From Halarcobacter sp. (GTDB taxonomy: Bacteria > Campylobacterota > Campylobacteria > Campylobacterales > Arcobacteraceae), in contig OY781089.1 of the NCBI GenBank assembly GCA_963676565.1, forward strand, positions 1,376,001 to 1,440,000: a stretch of 64,000 bases of DNA. The letters run 5' to 3'. How positions within the stretch are numbered: the stretch's first letter is position 1; each line of letters opens with the position of its first letter. A program made the position numbers and the translations under genes. Shown here piece by piece: positions 39,528 through 49,054 of this stretch. The notes beneath the pieces were generated by a model. The model was not told the origin of the DNA and ran no database searches. It saw only the letters and a program-made list of their open reading frames with translations.

Positions 39528-42500
39528 TTGAAGAATTTAAGTATAAAAGTAAAATTAATACTTCTTTTTATTTTTGTAAAAATTATTCCTTTATTGATTA
39601 TTGCATATATTGCATATGTAGGCGTTTTAAAACTAGATAAATATATTCAAGATAGTACAAGATATTATTATAATAAAAACAAAGAGATTATTTTAAATAC
39701 AGCAAATGAGTCTATTGAAGATAGTGTGAAGTTTTTAGATAAAAAATCACAACATGCCTTAGAAAGATTAACTTTTGAAACAGCAAATAAAATTGCTCAG
39801 TTCTTATATGAAAGGGATGATGATATTCTTTTTCTTTCAAAAATACAATTAAATGACGAGGTAATAAAAACTTTTTTTGAGAGTAAACAAAAAGAGATTT
39901 TAGTCCATGAAGATTATATCTTTAATGATAATACAAATAGATGGGAATCAACTAAAAAGCCTACTAAAGAGATTAGAGATTCACTTAATGCAGATTTAAA
40001 AGACAATGAAAAAGAGTTTAATTTTATTGATCCCTTAGAATTTACAAAAAAACAAATTCCTTTATATAAAGAGATAAACTATTTTGATTTAAATGGAATG
40101 GAGATTTACAAAACTTCATTGATAAATCAAAAGCTTTTAGATATTTCAAAAAAAGAAAATACATATATTAATTCTGAAAACTATTTTAATGAGATTTCAA
40201 ATTTAAAAAAAGGTGAAATTTATGTTTCTGAAGTTATTGGTGAATATGTAAAATCAAATATAATTGGAACATACACAAAGAAAAAAGCCTCTAAAGCTAA
40301 TATTGCTTTTGAACCAGAAAAAAGTGCCTATGCAGGGAAAGAAAACCCTGTTGGGAAAAGGTTTGAGGGGATTATTAGATTTGTAACTCCTATATTTAAA
40401 AACAATACTAAAGTGGCTTATTTATCTTTAGCTTTAGATCACGAACACCTAATGCAATTTACAGATACTTTAAACCCCACCGAAGATGATGCAGTACAAA
40501 ATATCTCCGATGCAAGTATTGGAAACTATGCTTTTATGTGGGATAATTTAGGACGAAATATTTCCCATCCAAGGGATTATTTCATCTCAGGATTTAATAA
40601 AGAAACAGGGACAAGAGAGATTCCATGGTTAAGTAGTGATTTGGCATTGAAGTTTAAATCTTCACATAAACCTATAAATGAGTTTTTAAAAGATTATCCA
40701 ACTTTTGAAGAACAATCACTTAGAAAAAAACCAAACTTGCCACAAATAAAAGATGGAACTCTAGGATTAGATTGTAGATATTTAAATTTTGCACCACAAT
40801 GTCAAGGTTGGATGCAATTAACAAAAAATGGTGGATATGGTTCTTTTATTATATATTGGAGTAAGGTTTGGAAACTTACAACTGCAGCTGCAATTCCATA
40901 CTATACAGGCAGATATAAGAATTCAAAAAGAGGTTTTGGATTTGTTACAATTGGAGCAAATGTAGATGAATTCCATGCTGTTGCAAATGAAACAAAAAGA
41001 AGTGTAAATAAAATTTTAGATGAACAAACTCAACATATGGAAGAGATTATTAGTGAGAATAAAACTGAAGTTAAAGAGTATATAAAATCGTTAATTAATG
41101 AACTTACTATTATAACTTTTTTGATGGTTCTTATTGTAATAGCAATAGCAATTGCAGTTTCAAATTATATAAGTGGAAAAATCAAAAAACTTCTAGTGGG
41201 TACACAAAAATTTATTAATAAAAAGTTTGATTATAGAATCAAAGTTGATTCAAATGATGAGATTGGTAATTTAGAACAATCATTTAATAAAATGGCTGAC
41301 CAGATAGAAAGTTTAATAAATGAACAAAAAATATTAAATGAAAATCTTGAAGAAAAAGTAGAAGAGAAAACAAAAGAATTAGTTGATATAAATGAAAATT
41401 TAGAAAATCAAATCACACAAAGAACAGAATATCTAAAGCAGACACTAAAAAGAGCACAAAAAGCAGATGAAGCTAAATCTACGTTTTTAGCTAATATGTC
41501 CCATGAAATAAGAACTCCACTTAACGCAATTATTGGTTTTTCTGAATTATTAAGTCAAAAAGAGGAATTAGAACCTCAAGTAAGGAAACAAGCTGATGTA
41601 ATACATTCTAGTGCAAACTCATTATTAACAATAATAAATGATATTTTAGATATCTCAAAAATAGAAAGTGGTAATTTTGATATTACAATTGAAGAATCAG
41701 ATATATATTTTATTAGTGAACATGTAGTTGAGCTTTTTTCAAAAAGAGCAATTGAAAACAATATAAGATTAGTATTAAACCTTGATCATAAAATTCCACT
41801 GTGTCTAATGACTGATGGAGTTAGAATTAGACAGGTTCTATCAAATCTTTTAAGTAATGCAATTAAATTTACTCAAAGTCATGGCACAGTTGAATTAAAT
41901 ATCTTTGTTCTTGAAACAAAAGATGACAATGAAATAATAATTAGATTTGAGGTTATAGACAATGGTATTGGAATCCCAGATGATAAATTAAAGAATATTT
42001 TTCAACCTTTTGTTCAAATTGATCATAAAACAAATAGACAATATGAAGGAACAGGTTTAGGTCTTAGTATTTGTAGACATATTATAAATGCCTTTGGTTC
42101 AATGTTAAATGTTCAAAGCGAAATTGGAAAAGGAACTAAATTTTGGTTTGATATGGATTTTACAATATGTCCAAATACAATTTTTGATGACAAAGATTAT
42201 TTAAGTAGTTTAAAATATACAATTGAAAAAGAGGATAATGACCTTTACCATTACTCAAAAAGATATCTTGATATTTTTGGAAAACCAACTTCAACTTTAA
42301 GTGCTGAAAATATTATTGTTTATCCATATGAAGATAAATTAGAATTAGATTCAATAAGAAAAAAATATCCAAATAACCCAATTCTGATCCTTTTAGAGTA
42401 TGAAAAAGACTCAAGACAATTTACCATAAAAAGCGACGAGTTTTTTGTTGCCTTACCTTTTTATGCCTCAAAGATAAATGATGGATTAAGGGAACTTCTT

Positions 42501-43298
42501 AGAAAGAAGAATAAGAATATTCCAACTGAATACAATGGCGTAAAAGATAGTTATGATGCGAAGGTTTTAGTTGCAGAAGATAACTTTGCAAATCAAGAGT
42601 TGATCTCATATATTTTAGAATCTTTAGATATCGAGTTTACAATTAAAGAAAATGGAATTGAAACTTTTGAAGAGTATAAGAAAAATACTAATTATGATTT
42701 GATTTTCATGGATATAAATATGCCTATTATGGATGGAATTAAAGCCTTTAAAGAGATTAGAAGTTATGAGAAAGAAAGAGATTTAAAACAAACGCCAATT
42801 ATCGCGTTAACTGCTAATGCAATTAAAGGGGATAAAGAAAAATTCTTAGACTTAGGGATGAATGATTATTTAAGTAAACCTATTAATTCAAATGAATTAA
42901 CAAGGGTGTTTAAAAGTTTTTTAGGGGATAAATCTTTAAAAAATTTAGAAGAGACTCAAAATTTAAGTAATGAAAAACAAGAAGATAAAAAAATAGAAGG
43001 TTTTGGTATAGATTTAGAAAAAGTAATTGATAAATTAGGTGTAAATGAAAAAATAGCAAAAATGGTTGTGGATAAATTTTCAAAAGATATTACCAAAGAT
43101 TTAAATGAGCTTGAAAAATTTATTAAAGAAAATGATAAAGCCAATATAATATCAAAGACGCATTATATTAAAAACTCATGTTTAAATGTTGCATTAGTTG
43201 AAGTTTGTGATATTTTACAAGATATAGAGCATGGAGATATAGAAGGTGATTTATTAGAGGAGAAGTTTGAAGAAATAAAAAAATTATTAGGAATTTAA
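39528..43298 (+). CDS. Hybrid sensor histidine kinase (periplasmic sensor, HAMP, HisKA, HATPase, REC, probable Hpt)
   Basis: FLANMSHEIRTPLN, NLLSNAIKFT, GTGLGL, MDINMP; C-terminal HYIKNSC Hpt-like segment. Confidence 0.92.
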   Translation: MKNLSIKVKLILLFIFVKIIPLLIIAYIAYVGVLKLDKYIQDSTRYYYNKNKEIILNTANESIEDSVKFLDKKSQHALERLTFETANKIAQFLYERDDDILFLSKIQLNDEVIKTFFESKQKEILVHEDYIFNDNTNRWESTKKPTKEIRDSLNADLKDNEKEFNFIDPLEFTKKQIPLYKEINYFDLNGMEIYKTSLINQKLLDISKKENTYINSENYFNEISNLKKGEIYVSEVIGEYVKSNIIGTYTKKKASKANIAFEPEKSAYAGKENPVGKRFEGIIRFVTPIFKNNTKVAYLSLALDHEHLMQFTDTLNPTEDDAVQNISDASIGNYAFMWDNLGRNISHPRDYFISGFNKETGTREIPWLSSDLALKFKSSHKPINEFLKDYPTFEEQSLRKKPNLPQIKDGTLGLDCRYLNFAPQCQGWMQLTKNGGYGSFIIYWSKVWKLTTAAAIPYYTGRYKNSKRGFGFVTIGANVDEFHAVANETKRSVNKILDEQTQHMEEIISENKTEVKEYIKSLINELTIITFLMVLIVIAIAIAVSNYISGKIKKLLVGTQKFINKKFDYRIKVDSNDEIGNLEQSFNKMADQIESLINEQKILNENLEEKVEEKTKELVDINENLENQITQRTEYLKQTLKRAQKADEAKSTFLANMSHEIRTPLNAIIGFSELLSQKEELEPQVRKQADVIHSSANSLLTIINDILDISKIESGNFDITIEESDIYFISEHVVELFSKRAIENNIRLVLNLDHKIPLCLMTDGVRIRQVLSNLLSNAIKFTQSHGTVELNIFVLETKDDNEIIIRFEVIDNGIGIPDDKLKNIFQPFVQIDHKTNRQYEGTGLGLSICRHIINAFGSMLNVQSEIGKGTKFWFDMDFTICPNTIFDDKDYLSSLKYTIEKEDNDLYHYSKRYLDIFGKPTSTLSAENIIVYPYEDKLELDSIRKKYPNNPILILLEYEKDSRQFTIKSDEFFVALPFYASKINDGLRELLRKKNKNIPTEYNGVKDSYDAKVLVAEDNFANQELISYILESLDIEFTIKENGIETFEEYKKNTNYDLIFMDINMPIMDGIKAFKEIRSYEKERDLKQTPIIALTANAIKGDKEKFLDLGMNDYLSKPINSNELTRVFKSFLGDKSLKNLEETQNLSNEKQEDKKIEGFGIDLEKVIDKLGVNEKIAKMVVDKFSKDITKDLNELEKFIKENDKANIISKTHYIKNSCLNVALVEVCDILQDIEHGDIEGDLLEEKFEEIKKLLGI

Positions 43299-43309
43299 AA
43301 GGAGATAAA

Positions 43310-43858
43310 ATGAGGGGAGTCATTTTTACAGAGCTTATTGAATTTGTTGAAGAGGCATTAGGTTTCGAGGTTGCTGATAAGATGATAGAAAAAGCACACT
43401 TAGGAAATGAAGGTGTTTTTTCTCAAGGAGGGAATTATCCCTTTAATGATATGCAAAAGATATTAATGGCTCTTTCTGAAATTACAGGGAAAAAACCAAA
43501 TGAATTATTATATCTTTTTGGTAAACATCTATTTAGTATCTTAGTAAGAATTTATGGACACAACATAAAAAATATTGGGAATTCCTTAGATTTTATTGAT
43601 TCAGTAGATAAACTTGTTCATGCTGAGGTAAAAAAACTTTATCCTGATGCAGAGTTGCCAACTTTTGCAACTATTGAAAAAAATAGTAATTTATTGATTA
43701 TGATTTATAAATCAGAAAAGCGTCTTGAAGCTTTTGCCCATGGATTAATTGTTGCTTGTGGAAAATATTTTGGTGATGAATTAAATGTAAGTTATGAAAC
43801 TATAAGTCAAAATCCATATGAAGTAAAATTTATAATAAAGAAAAATGACAATCCTTGA
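43310..43858 (+). CDS. H-NOX (heme NO/O2-binding) domain protein
   Basis: MRGVIF start, GNYP, FGKH, proximal-His segment VHAEVKKLYPDAELPTF, YKSEKR variant of YxSxR. Confidence 0.85.
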   Translation: MRGVIFTELIEFVEEALGFEVADKMIEKAHLGNEGVFSQGGNYPFNDMQKILMALSEITGKKPNELLYLFGKHLFSILVRIYGHNIKNIGNSLDFIDSVDKLVHAEVKKLYPDAELPTFATIEKNSNLLIMIYKSEKRLEAFAHGLIVACGKYFGDELNVSYETISQNPYEVKFIIKKNDNP

Positions 43859-43875
43859 AACTATAAAATAAATTT

Positions 43876-43928
43876 CATATTGTAATTTTATTGCAAAATG
43901 AAATTTATTGTGATAAAATTGCAATATG
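43876..43928 (+). terminator. 21-bp RNA hairpin after H-NOX (terminator or processing stem)
   Basis: CATATTGTAATTTTATTGCAA pairs fully with TTGTGATAAAATTGCAATATG on the + strand using three G-U pairs. Confidence 0.55.
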
Positions 43929-44076
43929 TTTATCCATATTGATATTGATTGTTTTTTTATTTTTCTTGAAAACTCACTAAAATTCAAAAAATCTAATAGA
44001 TAGCCTAAAATAGGAGCTTTAAACTTATATTAATAACTCATGATGTATCATTGTATATCAGTGAAACTCATTTTTA

Positions 44077-44097
44077 TTACGGTATCAATTGCGGTAC
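44077..44097 (+). promoter_or_regulatory. Probable integrase arm-type binding repeats
   Basis: TTACGGTAT and TTGCGGTAC, 12 bp apart, immediately upstream of int. Confidence 0.45.
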
Positions 44098-44111
44098 TAA
44101 AAGGTATATAA

Positions 44112-45374
44112 ATGGCAAAACTAGTTAAACAGTTAACAGATACAGAAATAAAGAAAGCAAAGTATACAAGTAAAGAAGATTTTGAAAAATTAAAAAAATT
44201 AAATTCCAATGTATTGAGAAAAAATAAACTATCTGATGGTAAAGGTTTGTTTTTAATTTTAAAATCAAATGGAACAAAATTTTGGCAGTTTGATTTTTCA
44301 TTTGGTGGAAAAAGAAGGAGTATGTCTTTTGGTTCTTACCCTACAGTATCACTTAAAGAAGCTAGGGATAAAAGAGAAGATGCTCGAAATAATATTCAAA
44401 ATAATATTAATCCAATTAATCAAAAAAAAGAAGATAAAGAAAATCAAAAACTTATATTTGAAAATATCGCAGAAAAATGGATAAATAATACTGCAAATTT
44501 ATCTGATGAAACGAGATTAAATTATAAAAGAAGTTTAGATAAAAATGTAAACCCTTTAATTGGGAAATTAGAGGTTCACAATATAAAAAGAAAACATATT
44601 GTTAATGTGCTTATATCACTTCAAGATAGAACCACCGTTGCAAGTAGAATTTACAATCTTTTACAAAGAATCTTTTCTTATTCTGCAATTAATTATGATT
44701 TAGAATATAATCCAGTTGATTTTAATTTAAATGATTTAATAACAAGAAAAAAAATTTCACATCATAAAGCAATAATAAATGAAGATAAGATAAAAGAGTT
44801 AATTAGTGATATAAAAAACTTAAGTGTTGAAAATAGGGATTATCTTCATTACAGTGGAGTGTATGCTCTTAAAATGTTACCTTATATGTTTGTAAGGATT
44901 ACTTCTCTCTTAAAATCTAAATGGGATGATATAGATTTTGAAAATGAAACGTGGCTCTTTCCTGCGAAAAATACAAAAACAAAAGAGGACTATCTCTACC
45001 CTATGCCTAAGCAAATTATTGATTTGCTTATGGATTTAAATGAAGACACAATAATTAAAAGTGAATATGTTTTTCACTCTGCTCAAAATAATCCAATGAA
45101 ATATTTAAGTAGGGCTACAGTTTCAAATTATCTAAAGCAAGTACTTGGTTATGATGGAGAAATGACTCTTCATGGCTTTAGAAGTACATTTTCCACAACA
45201 ACGAATAGAAAAAAAGGTGAACATGGCTATAGTGAAGATATAATTGAAGCTTGTCTATCTCATTCTGAAAGAAATAGGGTGAAAAAAGCTTATGATAGGG
45301 AGTATATTGATAAATATATAGATGAAAAACGCCAATTAATTCAGTGGTATGCTGATTATTTGGATAAACAATAA
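44112..45374 (+). CDS. Tyrosine recombinase/integrase, P4-like with arm-DNA-binding domain
   Basis: LSDGKGLFL and FGSYPTVSLKEAR N-terminal domain; catalytic R (VRIT), HGFR, LSH and Y (AYDR). Confidence 0.93.
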   Translation: MAKLVKQLTDTEIKKAKYTSKEDFEKLKKLNSNVLRKNKLSDGKGLFLILKSNGTKFWQFDFSFGGKRRSMSFGSYPTVSLKEARDKREDARNNIQNNINPINQKKEDKENQKLIFENIAEKWINNTANLSDETRLNYKRSLDKNVNPLIGKLEVHNIKRKHIVNVLISLQDRTTVASRIYNLLQRIFSYSAINYDLEYNPVDFNLNDLITRKKISHHKAIINEDKIKELISDIKNLSVENRDYLHYSGVYALKMLPYMFVRITSLLKSKWDDIDFENETWLFPAKNTKTKEDYLYPMPKQIIDLLMDLNEDTIIKSEYVFHSAQNNPMKYLSRATVSNYLKQVLGYDGEMTLHGFRSTFSTTTNRKKGEHGYSEDIIEACLSHSERNRVKKAYDREYIDKYIDEKRQLIQWYADYLDKQ

Positions 45375-45413
45375 TACTTATATATTACTAAAGTGATTCA
45401 AATAAGTATATTT

Positions 45414-45440
45414 TAGAAAATCGCTTAAGGCGATTTTCTA
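45414..45440. terminator. Hairpin between convergent int and HTH genes
   Basis: TAGAAAATCGC-TTAAG-GCGATTTTCTA perfect inverted repeat. Confidence 0.7.
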
Positions 45441-45641
45441 GGATTCTCTCTTTTCCCCTAGTTTTTCTAATAATTCTGCAAAAAGTTCTAATTTTTTATC
45501 ATCAATATTATTTAAATGTGCTCTAGCACCTAATTTAAGGACTTTTAGTAGTTCAGGGTTTGACTGCTTATACCCTTTTATTGTTTGTTCATTCTTCCCA
45601 ATTATTTGACCAATTTCAGCATATGTTATTTTTTTTGCCAT
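45438..45641 (-). CDS. Small helix-turn-helix protein (putative island repressor)
   Basis: TYAEIGQIIGKNEQTIKGY HTH pattern; AAGGA RBS; divergent from alpA. Confidence 0.65.
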   Translation of the reverse strand: MAKKITYAEIGQIIGKNEQTIKGYKQSNPELLKVLKLGARAHLNNIDDKKLELFAELLEKLGEKRES

Positions 45642-45889
45642 AAGAATCCTTTATTAATATGAAGTATATATACTTTTTATTAAAAAAAGTATTAAAAAAA
45701 TATTTTTTAAGAATAAAATAAGATTTCATATGTAATACTTTTATTAACTAAAAGTATCTAATTAGATACTTCTAATACTGATAATGGATGGAGAATAAAA
45801 TATTGTTTAAGAAAAAATTAATATTTAAAGATTAATATTTTTTTCATAATGAATCACCAAGATTCACAAAATAAAGAAAAGGATGTTAA

Positions 45890-46138
45890 ATGAGCGTAAT
45901 TAACCTTGATCCATCTTTAAGGCTAGAAAAACTTGAGGAAAAATTAGATATTTCAATCTCATCAATTTACCGAAGAATAAAAGACCAAACATTACCCGCT
46001 CCTATTAAACTAGGTAGATGCTCACTTTGGTCTGAGATAGAGGTCGATTTTGCTATCGAAAATAAAAGATTGATGACAAAAGATGAGAAAAAAACTGAAT
46101 TAGAGCGAAGAGAAAGATTGTATTACAGTATCAATTAA
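45890..46138 (+). CDS. AlpA-family regulator/excisionase (RDF)
   Basis: ISISSIYRRIKDQTLPAPIKLGRCSLWSEIEV matches the AlpA winged-HTH pattern. Confidence 0.85.
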   Translation: MSVINLDPSLRLEKLEEKLDISISSIYRRIKDQTLPAPIKLGRCSLWSEIEVDFAIENKRLMTKDEKKTELERRERLYYSIN

Positions 46139-46197
46139 AAATTATATGCTAGATAAAAAGGATGTTTAATGATAATATTACAAAGTTTTAAAAAGTC

Positions 46198-46704
46198 ATG
46201 AATAAATATATTAATTGTTTTTTAAATATTGAAAAATTAAAACATCTATTAGATAATTCTTTTTATGAAGTAAAGAAGCCAACAATTTCTATAGAACAGT
46301 TAGACAAAGTTGATAATTACTATTTTGATAATATAGGAAAATTTGCTTCATTAATCAATAACGCTTACAGTTACAATGATTTAGAGTCGCTTCTTTTAGA
46401 TATTAACAATCAAATAAAAGAAAATAGACTTAATGCAAATAAGATGGATTTTAATAATATGTTTAATCCTGTTAAACTTATAAATAGAAAAATTGTAAGC
46501 TTGTCTTTATTTCACTATATGGAATTTAAAAATTCAAAAAAGATGATTGTGCTTATTTATATAAATAAAGAAACACCCCTAACAATAATTAGTGAGCAAT
46601 TGAATCTTTTTTATAGTTTGTTAGATGATAAAATCGATTTGATTTTAGATATAAAAACAGTTAAAAATAAAAAAGATGAGAGAGTAGAGTTTTTTTATTG
46701 TTAA
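46198..46704 (+). CDS. Hypothetical protein; C-terminal half resembles the FtsZ C-terminal domain
   Basis: KKMIVLIYINKETPLTIISEQLNLFYSLLDDKIDLILDIKTV strand-helix-strand pattern; resemblance judged by eye only. Confidence 0.55.
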   Translation: MNKYINCFLNIEKLKHLLDNSFYEVKKPTISIEQLDKVDNYYFDNIGKFASLINNAYSYNDLESLLLDINNQIKENRLNANKMDFNNMFNPVKLINRKIVSLSLFHYMEFKNSKKMIVLIYINKETPLTIISEQLNLFYSLLDDKIDLILDIKTVKNKKDERVEFFYC

Positions 46705-46736
46705 AAAACTTATAAAGAAAAATACAGGAGATAAAA

Positions 46737-47588
46737 TTGAAAGTCGATTTCTTAAGTGATTTACATATAGATTTTTACTTTGACTCTAGACAGAAGATTA
46801 AAGATGAAAAGATAAAAAAACTATATCATCCAATTATTACAGAAAATGATAGAAAAATAGGTGATGTTCTTATTGTTGCAGGAGATATAGGACACTATAA
46901 TCATCAAAATATAAGAGTATTAAAATATTTAAAAGAACACTACTATAAATATATTATCTGTGTTCTTGGAAATCATGACTATTACTTATTTGATAAAGAT
47001 TCAAAAACACAGTTTAAAGACTCTTTTGAAAGAGTAGAACAAATGAGACTTAGAATTAATAGAGAAGAGAATATGTATTGTCTAAATGGTGACTTTGCAG
47101 AAATTGATGGAGTAATTTTTGGAGGTTGCGATTCATGGTACAATGATGGGTACTTTACAAGACAATATCCAACTCAGAATTTTCCTACAAAATCTACAAA
47201 TATACAATGGAAAAAAACAATGCATGATGGAGAGATGATTATAGGAGTAGAAAACTTTGATGATATCTGGCATATAGAAAAACCAAAAATAGAAGCAGTA
47301 TATGAACAATGTGATGTAATGATTACTCATATAAGTCCATCCTGTAAAGATGAACACTTTTCTCCAAGGTTTCAAAACTCTCCTTCTAATATATTTTTCT
47401 CTTTTGAAGGTGAAAAGTATTTAAAAGATGGTTCAATGAAATACTGGCTATTTGGACATACTCATGAAGAGTTAGAGTATGAAGAACATGGAGTACATTG
47501 TCTTTGTAATCCATTTGGATATCCAAGTGAGAGTGGTAATGGAGAATGGATTGTTATGCAAAGTTTTGAAATAGAAAAAAGAAATTAA
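46737..47588 (+). CDS. Calcineurin-like metallophosphoesterase
   Basis: SDLH, AGD, LGNHD, ITH and FGHTH motifs; TTG start after AGGAG. Confidence 0.9.
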   Translation: MKVDFLSDLHIDFYFDSRQKIKDEKIKKLYHPIITENDRKIGDVLIVAGDIGHYNHQNIRVLKYLKEHYYKYIICVLGNHDYYLFDKDSKTQFKDSFERVEQMRLRINREENMYCLNGDFAEIDGVIFGGCDSWYNDGYFTRQYPTQNFPTKSTNIQWKKTMHDGEMIIGVENFDDIWHIEKPKIEAVYEQCDVMITHISPSCKDEHFSPRFQNSPSNIFFSFEGEKYLKDGSMKYWLFGHTHEELEYEEHGVHCLCNPFGYPSESGNGEWIVMQSFEIEKRN

Positions 47589-47590
47589 TT

Positions 47591-47797
47591 ATGAAAGAAT
47601 TTAGTCCTATGTTGTTATTAACAGTCAATAACTCCATAGGAGATAAGAATAAGCATTTTACAGTAGAAGAACTAGTTAAGCTATTTGATAAAAAACAAAA
47701 AGATTTTACAAATAGAGATAAGTATGGAATAGAGGTAATACAAACAAAAGCAGATGCTTTTGAAATTGATGATTTTATAAAAGAGCATAAAATATAA
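47591..47797 (+). CDS. Hypothetical protein (68 aa)
   Basis: ORF starts 2 nt after the previous stop; no motif. Confidence 0.55.
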   Translation: MKEFSPMLLLTVNNSIGDKNKHFTVEELVKLFDKKQKDFTNRDKYGIEVIQTKADAFEIDDFIKEHKI

Positions 47798-47883
47798 AAA
47801 GAAAAAGTAGATTATATATTATCTTGTAAACCTTTCGATTAAAAAGAAATGTGTACTTTGTTAGATATCTTAAAAGGCTATAA

Positions 47884-48591
47884 ATGAGTGGAAAAATTTA
47901 TATTATAGGTGATGTTCATGGTTGTTATAAAACACTATGTGCTTTAATAAAGAGACTACCAAAAAATGCAAGAATATGTTTTGTAGGCGATTTATGTGAT
48001 AGAGGTAATAGCTCTAAAGAAGTAATAGAGTTTGTAAAATTAAATGATTATGACTGTGTTCTTGGTAATCATGAATCATTTTATATTGAAGGTGTTGAAA
48101 ATATTCTTGAAGCTTCAAGAATAGATGAAAATACAACATATTGGCTTAATAGGTGTGGTGGAGAAAAAACTATTGAGTCATACAAAAAAGATGGTATTTT
48201 AGATGAAATCACTTTAAAAGTACATCTTAATTGGATAAGCCAATTACCTTTATATAAAGAGTATAAAGACATCAAAACTGAAGATGGAAGATACTTAGTT
48301 GTTTCTCATTCTCATATTTATAATAAATGGGAATATAGAAATTCACATGAAAATAGTATTGAATATAGTGATTTTACAAATACAGTACTCTTTTCTCGAT
48401 ACAAAAACTGTGACAATGAAGAGATTTTTAATGTTTTTGGACATACTCCAACATCTACACCAATAATGGAAAAACATAAAGCTTCAATAGACTTAGGTTG
48501 TATTTATACTAATGATGAAAGTTTAGAAAATAGATTATGTGCATTGGAATTCCCAACCATGAAAGTAATTACTCAAGAAAATATTGAGTAA
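47884..48591 (+). CDS. PPP-family Ser/Thr protein phosphatase (lambda-PP/PrpA-like)
   Basis: GDVHG, GDLCDRG, GNHE, FGHTP and IDLGC motifs. Confidence 0.9.
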   Translation: MSGKIYIIGDVHGCYKTLCALIKRLPKNARICFVGDLCDRGNSSKEVIEFVKLNDYDCVLGNHESFYIEGVENILEASRIDENTTYWLNRCGGEKTIESYKKDGILDEITLKVHLNWISQLPLYKEYKDIKTEDGRYLVVSHSHIYNKWEYRNSHENSIEYSDFTNTVLFSRYKNCDNEEIFNVFGHTPTSTPIMEKHKASIDLGCIYTNDESLENRLCALEFPTMKVITQENIE

Positions 48592-49000
48592 TTAAAATAA
48601 AGTTCTGATATAGATTGTAGCTCCTTCGCTTTTTATCTTTTAAAACTATAAATAAAAAGGAAGCCCAGTCAATAAAAATACCACTTAAATAACTGTTACA
48701 ATCAACATAGTTCTTTATTTGTTTGTGGTTAACAAATAAATCAAACAAGTTTTAAAGTTTATTAAACTTGTAGGTAGTTAATCAGAAATATAATTATATT
48801 GAATAATAGTTTCTTAGTCAATATAATCGTCAACTAATTTAATATCACCTCTGAACTTAAATTTTAAGTTCACTATCCAATCTAGTCTCGAAAAATATTG
48901 TCAATTGTGAAAGTGTTAAGTTCTAAGTCCACATTAGCATATTCCATTTTTTTGTAGCATTTTCATTACCATATAAAGCAATTTTAAAAGTGATTTTTGT

Positions 49001-49054
49001 TGTTCAAGAAGTCTTAAGGGTTTGAGAAAATCTCAAAATTCTACTTCTTGAACA
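49001..49054. repeat. Nested inverted repeat (long hairpin)
   Basis: TGTTCAAGAAGT...ACTTCTTGAACA enclosing TTTGAGA-AAA-TCTCAAA. Confidence 0.7.

Noticed and set aside
43859..44111. tRNA at the integrase attachment site; 68-aa antisense ORF 43781-43987
   Set aside because: No cloverleaf or GTTCGA T-loop; the ORF is low-complexity with no RBS.
49001..49054. Integron attC site
   Set aside because: No RYYYAAC/GTTRRRY ends in the right positions, and the integrase is P4-like rather than IntI.
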